NCBI GenBank assembly: GCA_002269645.1
Contig: NIVC01001838.1
Coordinates: forward strand, 168,242-232,241
Direction: 5' to 3'
Origin: Macrostomum lignano
Lineage: Eukaryota
DNA length: 64,000 nucleotides
Below are positions 1 to 17,399 of the stretch, piece by piece (positions within the stretch are counted from its first letter, which is position 1; each line of letters starts with the position of its first letter). A program made the translations under genes and the position numbers. The notes beneath the pieces are model-generated. The model did no database searches. It saw only the letters and a program-made list of their open reading frames with translations, and was not told the DNA's origin.

Positions 1-95
1 ACTGGCAACTTGAGGTTGTACAAAATCAAAGTTTTTTTAGATTAAATAGGATTAGGATACTGTCGCTACACTGCTTTCAGCCAGTTGAAAGTGCG

Positions 96-3000
96 ATGGA
101 ATCGGCCATGGATGTAGACGATGCAGCTGCCACATTCAATGCCGAGGTTTCGCTGACTGCGCCAGCTCAGCAGCCGTCAGTGCCAGCCAGCGAGCTGCCC
201 TGGATTGAAAAGTACAGGCCGACCCGCCTAGCCGAAATAGTTGGCAATGAGGACACGGTTGAACGGCTGGCCGTGTTTGCCAAGCAGGGCAACCTGCCCA
301 ATGTGATCCTGTGCGGCCCGCCGGGCATCGGCAAGACCACCAGCATTCTCTGTCTGGCCAGGGAGCAGCTGGGAGAGGCCTGCAAGGAGGCTGTGCTGGA
401 ATTAAACGCCTCTAATGATCGCGGTATTGAAGTTGTACGCGGTAAAATTAAAATGTTCGCCCAACGTCGGGTCACCCTGCCGCAGGGTGAGTAATTGTCA
501 CCTACTAATACTAATTAGTATCGCAAAAGCATACTAATTAGCTGACGAGGCACTTCAGTAACCCAGATCAATTCGCGCTGTTTACCCAAGCAAAAGTTTT
601 ATTTATAAGCCCGTCTGTTCTGATCTCTATGCAGGCCAGCACAAGCTGGTAATTCTTGACGAGGCGGACAGCATGACAGACGGCGCACAGCAGGCGCTGC
701 GGCGCACAATGGAGATCTACTCGCGCACCACCCGGTTCGCGTTGGCTTGCAACGATTCGTCTAAGATCATCGAGCCGATACAGTCCAGGTGTGCCGTACT
801 GCGCTACTCCAGGCTGACAGACGCCCAGCTGCTTGGCCGCCTCATCGAGGTCTGCCGGGCCGAGGGCGCCGTCTATACTGACAGGGGACTGGAGGCTGTG
901 GCCTTTACTGCCCAGGGCGATCTGAGACAGGGGCTTAACAATTTGCAGGCGACTCTGCAGGTTTGGGAAATTTCTGTTATCTGCTTCTTGCTGTGCTTTC
1001 TTTTTCGCTGTTGATCTTGTCTCTTGTTCGTAGCTCCTTTATTCTGTGGTGTTTTATGAGATCTCACCCTCATCACTGGTGTTTTATGAGATGTCACCCT
1101 CATCACTGGTGTTTTGAGATCTCACCCCCATCACTGGTGTTTTATGAGATCTCACCCTCATCACTGGCGTTTTATGAGATCTCACCCTGATCACTGGTGT
1201 TTTATGAGATCTCACCCTCATCACTGGTGTTTTATGAGATCTCACCCTCATCACTGGTGTTTTATGAGATCTCACCCTCATCACTGGTGTTTTATGAGAT
1301 CTCACCCTCATCACTGGCGTTTTATGAGATCTCACCCTGAAACATCACTGGTGTTTTATGAGATCTCACCCTCATCACTGGTGTTTTATGAGATCTCACC
1401 CTCATCACTGGCGTTTTATGAGATCTCACCCTCATCACTGGTGTTTTATGAGATCTCACCCTCATCACTGGTGTTTTATGAGATCTCACCCTCATCACTG
1501 GTGTTTTATGAGATCTCACCCTCATCACTGGTGTTTTATGAGATCTCACCCTCATCACTGGTGTTTTATGAGATCTCACCCTCATCACTGGTGTTTTATG
1601 AGATCTCACCCTCATCACTGGTGTTTTATGAGATCTCACCCTCATCACTGGTGTTTTATGAGATCTCACCCTCATCACTGGTGTTTTATGAGATCTCACC
1701 CTCATCACTGGCGTTTTATGAGATCTCACCCTGAAACATCACTGGTGTTTTATGAGATCTCACCCTCATCACTGGTGTTTTATGAGATCTCACCCTCATC
1801 ACTGGTGTTTTATGAGATCTCACCCTCATCACTGGTGTTTTATGAGATCTCACCCTCATCACTGGTGTTTTATGAGATCTCACCCTCATCACTGGTGTTT
1901 TATGAGATCTCACCCTCATCACTGGTGTTTTATGAGATCTCACCCTCATCACTGGCGTTTTATGAGATCTCACCCTGAAACATCACTGGTGTTTTATGAG
2001 ATCTCACCCTCATCACTGGTGTTTTATGAGATCTCACCCTCATCACTGGCGTTTTATGAGATCTCACCCTGAAACATCACTGGTGTTTTATGAGATCTCA
2101 CCCTCATCACTGGTGTTTTATGAGATCTCACCCTCATCACTGGTGTTTTATGAGATCTCACCCTCATCACTGGTGTTTTATGAGATCTCACCCTCATCAC
2201 TGGTGTTTTATGAGATCTCACCCTCATCACTGGCGTTTTATGAGATCTCACCCTCATCACTGGTGTTTTATGAGATCTCACCCTCATCACTGGTGTTTTA
2301 TGAGATCTCACCCTCATCACTGGTGTTTTATGAGATCTCACCCTCATCACTGGTGTTTTATGAGATCTCACCCTCATCACTGGTGTTTTATGAGATCTCA
2401 CCCTCATCACTGGTGTTTTATGAGATCTCACCCTCATCACTGGTGTTTTATGAGATCTCACCCTCATCACTGGTGTTTTATGAGATCTCACCCTCATCAC
2501 TGGTGTTTTATGAGATCTCACCCTCATCACTGGTGTTTTATGAGATCTCACCCTCATCACTGGTGTTTTATGAGATCTCACCCTCATCACTGGTGTTTTA
2601 TGAGATCTCACCCTCATCACTGGCGTTTTATGAGATCTCACCCTCATCACTGGTGTTTTATGAGATCTCACCCTCATCACTGGTGTTTTATGAGATCTCA
2701 CCCTCATCACTGGCGTTTTATGAGATCTCACCCTGATCACTGGTGTTTTATGAGATCTCACCCTCATCACTGGTGTTTTATGAGATCTCACCCTCATCAC
2801 TGGTGTTTTATGAGATCTCACCCTCATCACTGGTGTTTTATGAGATCTCACCCTCATCACTGGCGTTTTATGAGATCTCACCCTGAAACATCACTGGTGT
2901 TTTATGAGATCTCACCCTCATCACTGGTGTTTTATGAGATCTCACCCTCATCACTGGCGTTTTATGAGATCTCACCCTCATCACTGGTGTTTTATGAGAT

Positions 3001-3907
3001 CTCACCCTCATCACTGGTGTTTTATGAGATCTCACCCTCATCACTGGTGTTTTATGAGATCTCACCCTCATCACTGGTGTTTTATGAGATCTCACCCTCA
3101 TCACTGGTGTTTTATGAGATCTCACCCTCATCACTGGTGTTTTATGAGATCTCACCCTCATCACTGGTGTTTTATGAGATCTCACCCTCATCACTGGTGT
3201 TTTATGAGATCTCACCCTCATCACTGGTGTTTTATGAGATCTCACCCTCATCACTGGTGTTTTATGAGATCTCACCCTCATCACTGGTGTTTTATGAGAT
3301 CTCACCCTCATCACTGGTGTTTTATGAGATCTCACCCTCATCACTGGTGTTTTATGAGATCTCACCCTCATCACTGGTGTTTTATGAGATCTCACCCTCA
3401 TCACTGGTGTTTTATGAGATCTCACCCTCATCACTGGTGTTTTATGAGATCTCACCCTCATCACTGGTGTTTTATGAGATCTCACCCTCATCACTGGTGT
3501 TTTATGAGATCTCACCCTCATCACTGGTGTTCTATGAGATCTATGAGAACAGTTAATCACTTATCCCAACTCCTACCCACCGTCCCAGGGCTTCGGCTCT
3601 GTCACCGAGGACAATGTATTCAAAGTGTGCGACCACCCGAAAACTGTTGGCCCACTGCCAGGCCGGCGAGCTTGACCCGGCGCACAAGATTCTGCGCCAC
3701 CTGTGGCACATGGGCTACTCAGCTGAGGACCTGGTCAGCATACTGTTCCGCGTGTGCAAGTCGCACCCGGACCTGTCCGAGGAGGTCAAACTGGGCATGG
3801 TGCGCGAGATTGGCATCACCCATATGCGAGTGATGGACGGGGTTGGCACCCTGTTGCAGCTGTCCGGCCTGCTGGCCAGGATGTGCCGCCTTCGACAGGC
3901 TGACTGA
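96..3907 (+). CDS. RFC2: Replication factor C subunit 2 (3 exons: 96-486, 635-960, 3589-3907); frameshifted near 3637-3641 in this sequence
   Basis: PWIEKYRP, Walker [39 protein letters not shown] motif (IQSRC) and C-terminal LGYS/EIGITHM...[16 protein letters not shown] junctions join in phase (G|GC at 486/635; phase 0 at 960/3589). The frame jumps between ...VCDHP and KLLAHC. Confidence 0.95.
1045..3545 (+). repeat. 30-bp minisatellite (TCACTGGTGTTTTATGAGATCTCACCCTCA)n filling RFC2 intron 2
   Basis: About 80 near-identical units, with recurrent GGCGTT and CTGAAACATCA variant units. Confidence 0.98.
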
Positions 3908-4249
3908 CCGACTACGGTGTAATCAATTTACAACTACTACTATTAATGTAACTGCATTTTTAAACTCTACTGTTTAAGCATTCGTATCTCCCTGCGTACT
4001 TCGTTTAGCGAGTCAAAGGAATGTAATAAAAAAGTTGATGCCTAAATAAATCGATTGTATCACCCGGTTGCTTCTGTTCTATTGCATTCTTTTTAACATT
4101 TTCAAATCAGCGTTTTCTATATTAAAATTATTTGATTTAATCGGATAAAACTCTACTGGCTTCTGTCGATGTTAGTAGCAGTAGTAGCACACGAACACTG
4201 ACTGTCCCACAGTACCTGCGTTTTTTTACGAGGCTTTGACTGTAGACTT

Positions 4250-5425
4250 GTGTCTGTCATGAGACTGTTTTGTCTGTCATGAGACTGTTCTGTCTGTCAT
4301 CGGGCTGTTCAGTCTGTCATGAGACTGTTCAGTCTGTCATGAGACTGTTCTGTCTGTCATGAGACTGTTCTGTCTGTCATCGGGCTGTTCTGTCTGTCAT
4401 CGGGCTGTTCTATCTGTCATGAGACTGTTCTGTCTGTCATCGGGCTGTTCTGTCTGTCATGAGACTGTTCTGTCTGTCATGAGACTGTTCTGTCTGTCAT
4501 GAGACTGTTCTGTCTGTCATGAGACTGTTCTGTCTGTCATGAGACTGTTCTGTCTGTCATGAGACTGTTCTGTCTGTCATCGGGCTGTTCAGTCTGTCAT
4601 GAGACTGTTCTGTCTGTCATGACGCTGTTCAGTCTGTCATGAGACTGTTCTGTCTGTCATGAGACTGTTCTGTCTGTCATGACGCTGTTCAGTCTGTCAT
4701 GAGACTGTTCTGTCTGTCATGAGACTGTTCTGTCTGTCATCGGGCTGTTTAGTCTGTCATGAGACTGTTCTGTCTGTCATGACGCTGTTCAGTCTGTCAT
4801 GAGACTGTTCTGTCTGTCATGAGACTGTTCTGTCTGTCATCGGGCTGTTCTGTCTGTCATGAGACTGTTCTGTCTGTCATCGGGCTGTTCTGTCTGTCAT
4901 GAGACTGTTCTGTCTGTCATGACGCTGTTCAGTCTGTCATGAGACTGTTCTGTCTGTCATGACGCTGTTCAGTCTGTCATGAGACTGTTCTGTCTGTCAT
5001 GAGACTGTTCTGTCTGTCATCGGGCTGTTCTGTCTGTCATGAGACTGTTCTGTCTGTCATGAGACTGTTCTGTCTGTCATGAGACTGTTCTGTCTGTCAT
5101 GAGACTGTTCTGTCTGTCATCGGGCTGTTCTGTCTGTCATGAGACTGTTCTGTCTGTCATCGGGCTGTTCTGTCTGTCATGACGCTGTTCTGTCTGTCAT
5201 GAGACTGTTCTGTCTGTCATGAGACTGTTCTGTCTGTCATGAGACTGTTCTGTCTGTCATCGGGCTGTTCTGTCTGTCATGAGACTGTTCTGTCTGTCAT
5301 CGGGCTGTTCTGTCTGTCATGAGACTGTTCTGTCTGTCATGAGACTGTTCTGTCTGTCATGACGCTGTTCTGTCTGTCATGAGACTGTTCTGTCTGTCAT
5401 GAGACTGTTCAGTCTGTCATGAGAC
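4250..5425 (+). repeat. 20-bp minisatellite (TGTCTGTCATGAGACTGTTC)n
   Basis: Direct tandem units with CGGGCT and GACGCT variants, downstream of RFC2. Confidence 0.98.
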
Positions 5426-7207
5426 TTCTGTTGTATTCCCATAGTACAACTGGATCCGCTGTTTAAAGCTCAATGTGTGTACTGCATACACATCTATCTG
5501 CGCTGTCGCGACTCTTTCATCTCTACTCTTCTCAGCTCATCTTTACCTTATCCATGTTTAACAAATCCACTTTCTCCAGCCTTCTCCCATCTTATTTCTC
5601 TCCTTCATATCGAAGCCATAACTTCCACGACGACCTTCGAACACAACAGCGCTATCGGAAAGATCGCAACTGCAGGGGACACTCAGCAGCAAGAACAACA
5701 GCTCTCGAAAAGCAGATATGAGCAATTTTTGTCCAACTGCTGGGCGCAGTCGAACGACGCAGACAAAGATTCCATTTTGAAGAGTAACGAGTTTAAAAGA
5801 GAAATATTTGACGAATTAAACGGATTGACAAAAAAATTAAGTCAATTTTTCTGGCATGGACCCTGGCTCCATAATAGCCGATAATTTGATAAATTGATAC
5901 AGAACTCGAGGTAATCGTAATATCAAACGAAGTCAACTGACGCACTCAACAAGCACACGCAAATTAAACAGATTACCTAAGTATGGAGAAACTAAATAGC
6001 ACCCACGTAGGTGAAATGCAATAATTAGCATGAAAATGTACCGATTTCAATGAAATAAATTATATTCAATTTCAATCTCAATGAAATTATTTAATTTGCA
6101 AATAGCAAAGAAAAAAGTACTTTTAAGACACAGAAAATCCAAACAGCTGGAAATTACTCAAGTTAAACATGAATTAGCTAACATTTTAAGTGTAATTGAG
6201 ACATCGAAGGATTCTATAAAAAATTTACATAAAATATAAAATAAACTTGAAAACTAATAGCAACAAACCAATTTCTTAGTATGATTCAATCCAACTCATG
6301 ATCTTAAATTAAGGCGCCGAATTCTGTTAAATAAGTTGTGAGTGGCCAAACAGCCGGAGACAAGTTCGGTGTCTGGAGCTCAAGGATGCATAGTAAATTG
6401 GTGATAATAAAGTTCTTGATTATGGTTTTTCGCTCGCTCTGATTCGGACCAGCACTTGTGAAAGAAGACTGGAGCTAGCTGAGCGAAAGAAGGGACGCAA
6501 AAGAAGAGCTCAAATGAACAAATTGACAGCCAGCCATCCGTTCAGCCGCTGAAAACAATCGTTTTGGCCCGGTGACTGTCTGAACAGCCCCGGCTGAAAT
6601 TAACCGTAGATGTCTCTCAGAGGGTTTCCCGGCTCTCACAGAGGGTTTTTTGCTTTCACTGCATCAGAACTGGATACCAAATCAACTTATAAACTTGCAT
6701 TTCTACCAAAAGCCATTTAGGCACAGAACAGCCGATCGGTAACATTGTGCGAAAGCAATAAAGATCGCCAAAGCGACTTGCAATCTTATAAATCAAGCAC
6801 AGGGGGGAGAGCATGGCAGTCAACTCAATATAGGCAGCAGCAGCAACTAGAGAGCGAGTTGCGAGTTCTGCGAGGAAGCTGTATTCGTATAAACATAGAT
6901 CTTGAGGTGAAGCTCAGGTGGCGCTGTTGGAAGTTATCCTACAAGTCACAGGAGGCACTCATGCGGCAGACTGCAGTACCCAGTTGGCAGGAATGTTCCT
7001 GCAACAGCAGCATTTATTTGCATGGCAGTAATCCACTTCTGATAGCGGAACACTTATCTGAGGCTTTGGTAGATTGTCTTTTAATTCATTGCTCTAAATG
7101 ATTTAAGTACTGTTCTGTTGCACGGGTTAAATACATAAAACCCAAGAGAAATGACACCTCGACTAGATACAGAATCTGATTGATCATTTCATCCATGCAG
7201 AGCTGCT

Positions 7208-7503
7208 ATGATGCTCAAGCTGGGCCTATTTCTGCTACTGCCGATGGCCTGGGGAACTGGTGACGCGATGCCGCAAAAACTACCGACTTCTCTGGCGTGC
7301 TCGGCAAGCGCTCGGAGCCCATCGCTATCCCAATTGAAGCTTTGCTGGCGCAGGACGACGACGACTCCAAGCTACTTGAGGGATTCGAAGACGTCGCTAC
7401 CGATCGACAATTGAAGAAGCGAGACGATTATGAATATGATTACGGATATGAATCTCGTATGTCCGCTGGACTGCTCGGAAAGCGAAGCAGCTCCTTTACT
7501 TAA
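7208..7503 (+). CDS. Secreted neuropeptide prohormone (L-amide peptides; buccalin/allatostatin-A-like); one-base frameshift at the A run 7275-7279
   Basis: Signal peptide MMLKLGLFLLLPMAWGTG in one frame; DFSGVL-GKR, an acidic spacer, KKR and MSAGLL-GKR in the adjacent frame. One extra A joins them into a 98-aa ORF. Acceptor-like tttcatccatgcag ends at 7200. Confidence 0.8.
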
Positions 7504-7869
7504 AGCAAGGAGAATGAGATTCGTGACTGAAACAATATTCTTATCTGCGTTTGAGAATTCGTAAAAAGATTGGAGAATAGAAAACTGATGAGCTAAAGCA
7601 AAGAACTTAAAAGCCAGTGAGTGTAACAATAAGACCTTCTTCGTGAAATACAGCCGCAAGAAGAGCAAATACGCCTCAGAAAATTAGAACCGGCGCGCTC
7701 CGCTGATTTATTTTGTTCTCGCAAAAACGTTTAACATAATTTATTCCAGTGTCGACTCATTGTTGCATTTAATCTATTCTTGAGATAGTAATCTAATTAA
7801 TTATAAAGTATAAAGCAATTATTTATTCATTCAAGTCCTCGCAGTCCGCGGACTACAAGGTCCTGTTTT

Positions 7870-8340
7870 ACAGACGTTCAGGACGTATTTCAAATCGAAG
7901 CCCATTTAGTACGTACGTAGGCAGCATTTAGAAGCTGCACCATCATCCGATGGATCCATCATTTTGAAGGCGGCACAGGAGACTTTGAAGATGAACCAGC
8001 CAGACTGTTGTTAAATGTGTCAGACGAGGACAAGCAAGTGGCTGTTGCTAAAGAAGCAGAGGCCCGTGGCCCAACTGTAAACTGTCAAACTGTCAAAGGT
8101 TTGTGCCAAAACTCCTGACTGCAGAGATACAGCGAAGCAAGGTACGAACTTGCCAAGCAGTGCTGCCAGAGAAGCAGACGGTCGCTAGTGACTCCTACAT
8201 AGTCACATTGTGCCATGCAGCTCAAGGAGACCATCAAAAAGAGGAAAAGAGGTTCGGTACGGTCATTAGGAGCATCCGGCTTCTTCACAGCAATGCTTTG
8301 GCGCACACGTGCCACAAGGGATCCAGGCAACCAGGATAAA
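7870..8340 (+). mobile_element. Degenerate Tc1/mariner transposase relic
   Basis: Fragments CTIIRWIHHFEGGTGDFEDEP (HTH region), LPEKQTVASDSYIVTL, QLKETIKKRKRG and RLLHSNALAHT (cf. mariner LLHDNARPH), broken by stops and frameshifts. Confidence 0.65.
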
Positions 8341-8859
8341 GAGTGATTACACAGCAGGCAGTGCAGTTAGAAGCCGCCGGATCGCCGGAACTTCATGCGA
8401 AACTTTGATGCAAATTTCAGGACGAATTACAGTTGCATATAGTTGTTTTGTTTTAACGTATTAAATTTACAGGTGTCTTATTGCATAGTATTAATCTGGA
8501 GAGTAATAATACTTAATTAATTAAAAATAGCTTAATGCTTAATTTCAGGCGAAATTGGGCACTAGTAGCCATCAACGGGTTTTGAAAAAAAATTATTAAA
8601 TTGGGCAGCATGAGGAACAGGGCGAATTAAAAACATTATTTTTGCTACTAAATGTAGATAAAATATTATCAGCTACAATTTTCTCACACCCCTACTTCAA
8701 GTAGTTTTTTAAATATTAGTTGTAACACAATAGTTAATGTCAAAGCGCATAGTAAAGCTCGTGCTGTTTATAACTGTCGCTGTTATCTTTGACAGCGCAG
8801 CTTGTCCAATTGTCAGCTGCTGTTCAATGTGCTGTCGAATATCTGTGGAGCAAGATGTC

Positions 8860-9380
8860 ACTCGAACATTACGAGTAGATGATTGGAAAAGTTTTCTTTG
8901 CCTGGCCCTGGATGACCAGGCCCTGGATGACGGGCTCAAGGCTCGGCTGCTTCAGGCAGTCGTTGAGACTCTTGTTGTACAACGTCGAGACCTGGACCCT
9001 GACGGACGCTTCGGAGAGGCAGCTGGACGCCGCGCATGCCGTCCAGGCAGCGAGACCAACGCCGCGCTCTACACGAGGTCGCGCCTGATGCGGCCTTCTG
9101 ACCTGCTGCGCGGGCGGCGACTTCGACTGGCCGGCCACGTCATCCGGTCGGAGGCTCGCTGCCCTCGCAGGCTCGCTCGCTTGGCTCGCAGGCGAGGCCA
9201 AGGGCGAACGGCGAGATACCCTGACAGGCTTTTGACCGATGCTGGCGCCCCGAACCAAGCTGGGGGGAGGGGCTTTCTGAGGGCTATGGCCCCGAGACGC
9301 GCTCTCTGACTTCTCCCCCCCATTTCTGGCCACTGCCTGGCTGGCGGGTGAAGTACTTTGTTGTTGTTGTTGTTGTTGCC
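8860..9380 (+). mobile_element. 5'-truncated RTE-clade non-LTR retrotransposon fragment with (TTG)n tail
   Basis: LKARLLQAVVE/LLLYNVETWTLT...RQLDAAH and NAALY...LLRGRRLRLAGHVIR match the RTE post-RT C-terminal region; frameshifted; GTT/TTG run at about 9358-9378. Confidence 0.75.
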
Positions 9381-10827
9381 TGGCAGTGCAGTGTCTGGAA
9401 GGACGTTTGAATTGGTCAGGTAAGTCAAAGAAATGTGCATTTTCTGAACAACACATCTAAAGACAGCGTTGGAAATCTAGTGATGATTGCAATCGTCTTC
9501 TGGTAGGCTCTCCATCAGCTGAGCCAAAGCTGGCATTGAGAAATTATGGTTCAAATCAATAAATTGGATGGGGAAGGAGACTGGCTTGATCTTCCATGTG
9601 CTCTCATACTCATCGATTTGAAAGATCATAAAGAAAGAGACCAAAAGACGCGGTTTTAGCGCCACTTGCTGTTTAATTTCTTTTTTTAACGCTCTTAGAC
9701 CTGGTTTTTTTACCCATTTTAGCTCCTTAATGGAGCCTTTGAGTTAAAGCTGTTTAATAGCGTCATCTTAGCACACCCTAAGGTATAAGCTACTTTTATG
9801 CACCGATCATCTTAGCGCATTTAAAGGGCTCTCGATTCTATTTTAGCGCCTTTGGCATCCATCCATGAATTCATTTCCTGCCAACGCTTATCCTATTAGC
9901 ACATTCCATGCGCAACCCCCTTAGCGATGAAAGCATCTTCATAACGATCTCTCGGGCTCAGTCAAATTACCAACTTGGCACGTCGCGCCTTGCCGTAACG
10001 GGTCTTAGCAGGTTAAAGTTTTTCACACCTGCGGTATATCTGTATTGTGTCGATAGGTCGATAGCGCCGCCAATTTATATCAGAGACAATACCGACTTCT
10101 CTGGCACGCTGCCCGTCGCTTTTTTCAGGGTTGAAAGTTTCTCTGTTGAGAGTCTGTTTTTCATAGTTCGGTCTGGCTCTCAAACACAGTTTACAATGTG
10201 TCGGAGACTAAGCGCTGGAGTCCCCGGGCAATCATCCCTTCATAACACTATTCTCTTGGCTCTTCTTGAGCACTGCCACTGATCATTGCAGCCTTATAAG
10301 CCTGGCTGTGAGTGACAAGTCTTCAAATATAGCCAGCAGCTTATATAATAAATTGATGTCGGAGCCCTCTGCCCGACCCCCCGCCGCGGATAAAAAGAGA
10401 ATTGGAGCTGCCGGCTGACCCCCCAACCCACTTGCGCCGGAGCTCCCGCAGTCCAAGTTCCACTTGAATTCAATGGCGCTAAAATGCCCCAGCTCGAAGC
10501 TTGATGGATAGATTGCCCGCTGGGACAGAGGGGTGGTCCCGAATACTCCTGCATGTCTGTATGCGAATTCTGTAGCCCTAACATGGCCATCCTGTGCCCT
10601 CAATTGTCTAATAATAGGCGCTCCGTGCGGCTGAGTATCCAGACAGCCATTGCTGGGCTGTGATTGGCTGAGCCGCCGCCTCTTTCCTCTCCCTGCCGAC
10701 CCCAACTGCCCGCGACAAGAAGCCCCCGGTATAGAATAGCCGGGCAAGGAGAAGCTCGCTGGCTAAAACTCGGCATTGCAGCCTTGAGAGGATCAACTGT
10801 CTTACTAATCTCAGCAACCGAGGCACA

Positions 10828-14731
<3,904 letters not shown>

Positions 14732-17399
14732 TAGTAGGCCGGCGCGCTGTTTCTCTGCCTCCGTTGGGATGCAGACTAAAATGTCACTATTTCCGGAGAC
14801 GAGAAAAGTCCAATTGAGACAAACAATTTCTGTCGACTACTTGTTCCTGTGCCCGCCTCTCTAACCCCTCATCTTAGCGAACTGTTGTGTCACTTTTCAT
14901 GCTCGAAGCTGACACGACTGATAAATTCATTCTTAAATATTGAAAGTTCGCATTTCTCACGAGTTTGTTCGGCTATTATAAAAATAATAATTCTTTTTTA
15001 GAGTTCTCAGCCCAGTTTTGTTAATGCACCATCATATTCTACCTCCTCTACTCGTTAATACTTTTGCGAGCAGCGAGTTCCGCCTGGCAACCAGGTGCCT
15101 GGCTGCTCCGTCTGTACATATCGATCAGCAACTGGCAACTGGCAATTTGAGCAGACTGAGGATCGGGCGAGATTTGTCCCACAGAGGGCATCGAGTTCCC
15201 CTTGTAGGTCTATCCTCAGGTGGTAAAACCAAATATCCATTATCGATATGCAGGTCTGCAACAATACCCGATTAACTGTGGTCCGGTTTGTGAAATTCAC
15301 TGTCCCAAAGGGTTTCCGGTTTCGGCCTGGGTTGCCTGGATCACCTGTCATCCTCTGTCGCCATCCGCCTGCCCCCCTCACTGCACTATTCCACACTGCT
15401 CATGCTGTTTCTGCACCAGTTTAGCACAGTTTTAGCGCTTTGCCCCCTAAACTTTAAGCTTAAACTTGATTTGTTTAAATTTTGTCAAATTCCTTTATTT
15501 AGGCACTGGTATGAAATTATTGTTATTTAAGAATCTATACCTGCATCTGCAATCAATTTATTGCATCACCAATCACAAATCCCTATAATTAACATGCGAT
15601 TACATTTACCTTGGCTATTTAACATTATCATTTTAACACACCTCTAATTGTAAATGAAAATAAATGACGGAACGGCATGCCACTATCTCCGTTTGTTGGT
15701 CTCGTTTTATTTAATGGCAAATATTATAACTTTTTTCCTCAAATTTATCAGAATGAAAGTCAAATGGCCACTGCCGAAGGCGTTGCGCCAGGGAGGGCCT
15801 TCCTGCAATCATGATATTATTACTGCAACTCCAAGAAACCGTCGAGACAGCCCGAATCTTCAAGGTCCCGAAATTGCTTGCAGTTTATTTAGTCTTCCGC
15901 CTGCCTGTCAGCCTGTCTGTCTCCTACTGTTACGAAGCGTCTGCATAATCGTCATTATTTATTATTATTCTTCGAAAGTCACTAATAGCCCTCAGTATTA
16001 ATTGCTCCATCTGTCCGTCAGGCTCTCGTTCACCCACGCGTGTCGTCAGCTTGGCTGAGCAAGTCTAGTAACAAGCTTTGGACTCCCACGGCCGAATTTC
16101 ACTTCTAATTTGCACTCGCTAAGCACCCGAGAGAGCGGGGGGGAGGCGCTTAGGGGGGGGGCGATTTCTCACCGTTGAATGGTCATCTGCCTCCAGTTTC
16201 TCTGCGTAACACACCAGCATTATTCAGTCATGCAAACCTTTGTTCAAGCTATACGCATTTAACACTGCTGGCTAAGAGCGAGGCGGCGAGGGTCCGCCTC
16301 CCCAGCCCTCGGTTGTGATTGACGTGTGCCAATCAGGGCCAGCTGCCGCCCCGTGCAGACAATTCAGCGGCCATCTATGGCTGCGGGACTGCCTGGCACC
16401 GTCTGGAGCTGCCGCAGCTGCTGCCTTACAGCTAGCAGTCTAAGCTGAAGACTCTGCCTTGCTGCCGTTCAGGCCTGGTTTGCCACCCCCGCTTTTTGGC
16501 TGAACCAGGATGCGCGAAGGTTCCCTATTGTGATGGCATCGGGGATTCAATTTCCTTTCTCTCTTTCTAAAATATTGTTCAATTCAATGCGTGTTTTGTG
16601 TTGAACAGAAAGCTTTGCTGTTGAATGACACTTTATTATTCATGTTCTAGACATCCTACTGCTCAGTGTATCGACTAGTAGTCTAGTGCGCTCGCGTCAT
16701 CTAAACTCTGTTATTTAAGAATCAAAAGTCCACATATAGACGTAACTTAGCAAAGATTTTTTTCAAAAAAACGAGAATGTTATTTCTAAGAAATTCCAAA
16801 CTCCAGCGTCGAGCATCTGCAGACAGCTGCATGTGGCATTACAGGATCTGCGCTTCCTGACTACTAAAGTAAAATCGCCCGCCACTCGAACTTTCAAGGG
16901 TAGCCCCAGCAACAAACACCGGCCTTGACTGACACTTCTTGCGCTGACCGGGCCTGCCGACAAGTCCGCAAGCAATTTTTCTCCCGGTCAGTTGGGCCTC
17001 CAACTGCAGCAGATGGGGATAAATAATACGTGCGCTGATGGAACAGCTGCTGAACTTGCCAGGGGGATATCTGTCCCCGCTGTCTTCAACCCATGTGCCA
17101 ACAGAATGTCCACATCGGATCCTCAACTCCTTGCCTGACAATCTGGCCATCAGTTGAGGCGATGAGTTGCCCTTGGACTTCAAATCCAGTAGGCACTGTG
17201 GCATTCATGGACTACTGTGTTTAGGACAACTTTTCATTTCTAGGAAATGTTTGAACAAATCTTAGCTTTTCTTTTATCGCGTTAAAAAATTAATTTTGAC
17301 TAAGAAAGAAAAGCTTGTTTCGTTTTTTCTGAAAAACGAGACATAAAAAAGATCTTCGGACACTTTGGGTGTTGAGCCCTCACTCTGGGGGGCCCGGGG

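Noticed and set aside
1045-3545. 30-36-bp repeat arrays (also 36440-37325, 37850-39375, 50165-52930) as CRISPR arrays
   Set aside because: The units are contiguous with no unique spacers, no cas genes are present, and they lie inside spliceosomal introns
1084-3833. Long repetitive ORFs ([44 protein letters not shown] and others) throughout the window
   Set aside because: These are translations of stop-free tandem repeats inside introns, open in several frames and on both strands
5473-7101. Coding-like ORFs between the 20-mer array and the neuropeptide
   Set aside because: No recognisable domain or splice structure, and multiple stops; possibly TE debris, but unsupported
7270-7285. Programmed -1 ribosomal frameshift in the neuropeptide (or in WDR1)
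   Set aside because: No canonical X_XXY_YYZ heptamer in the zero frame and no evident stimulator; homopolymer error is simpler and recurs in the window
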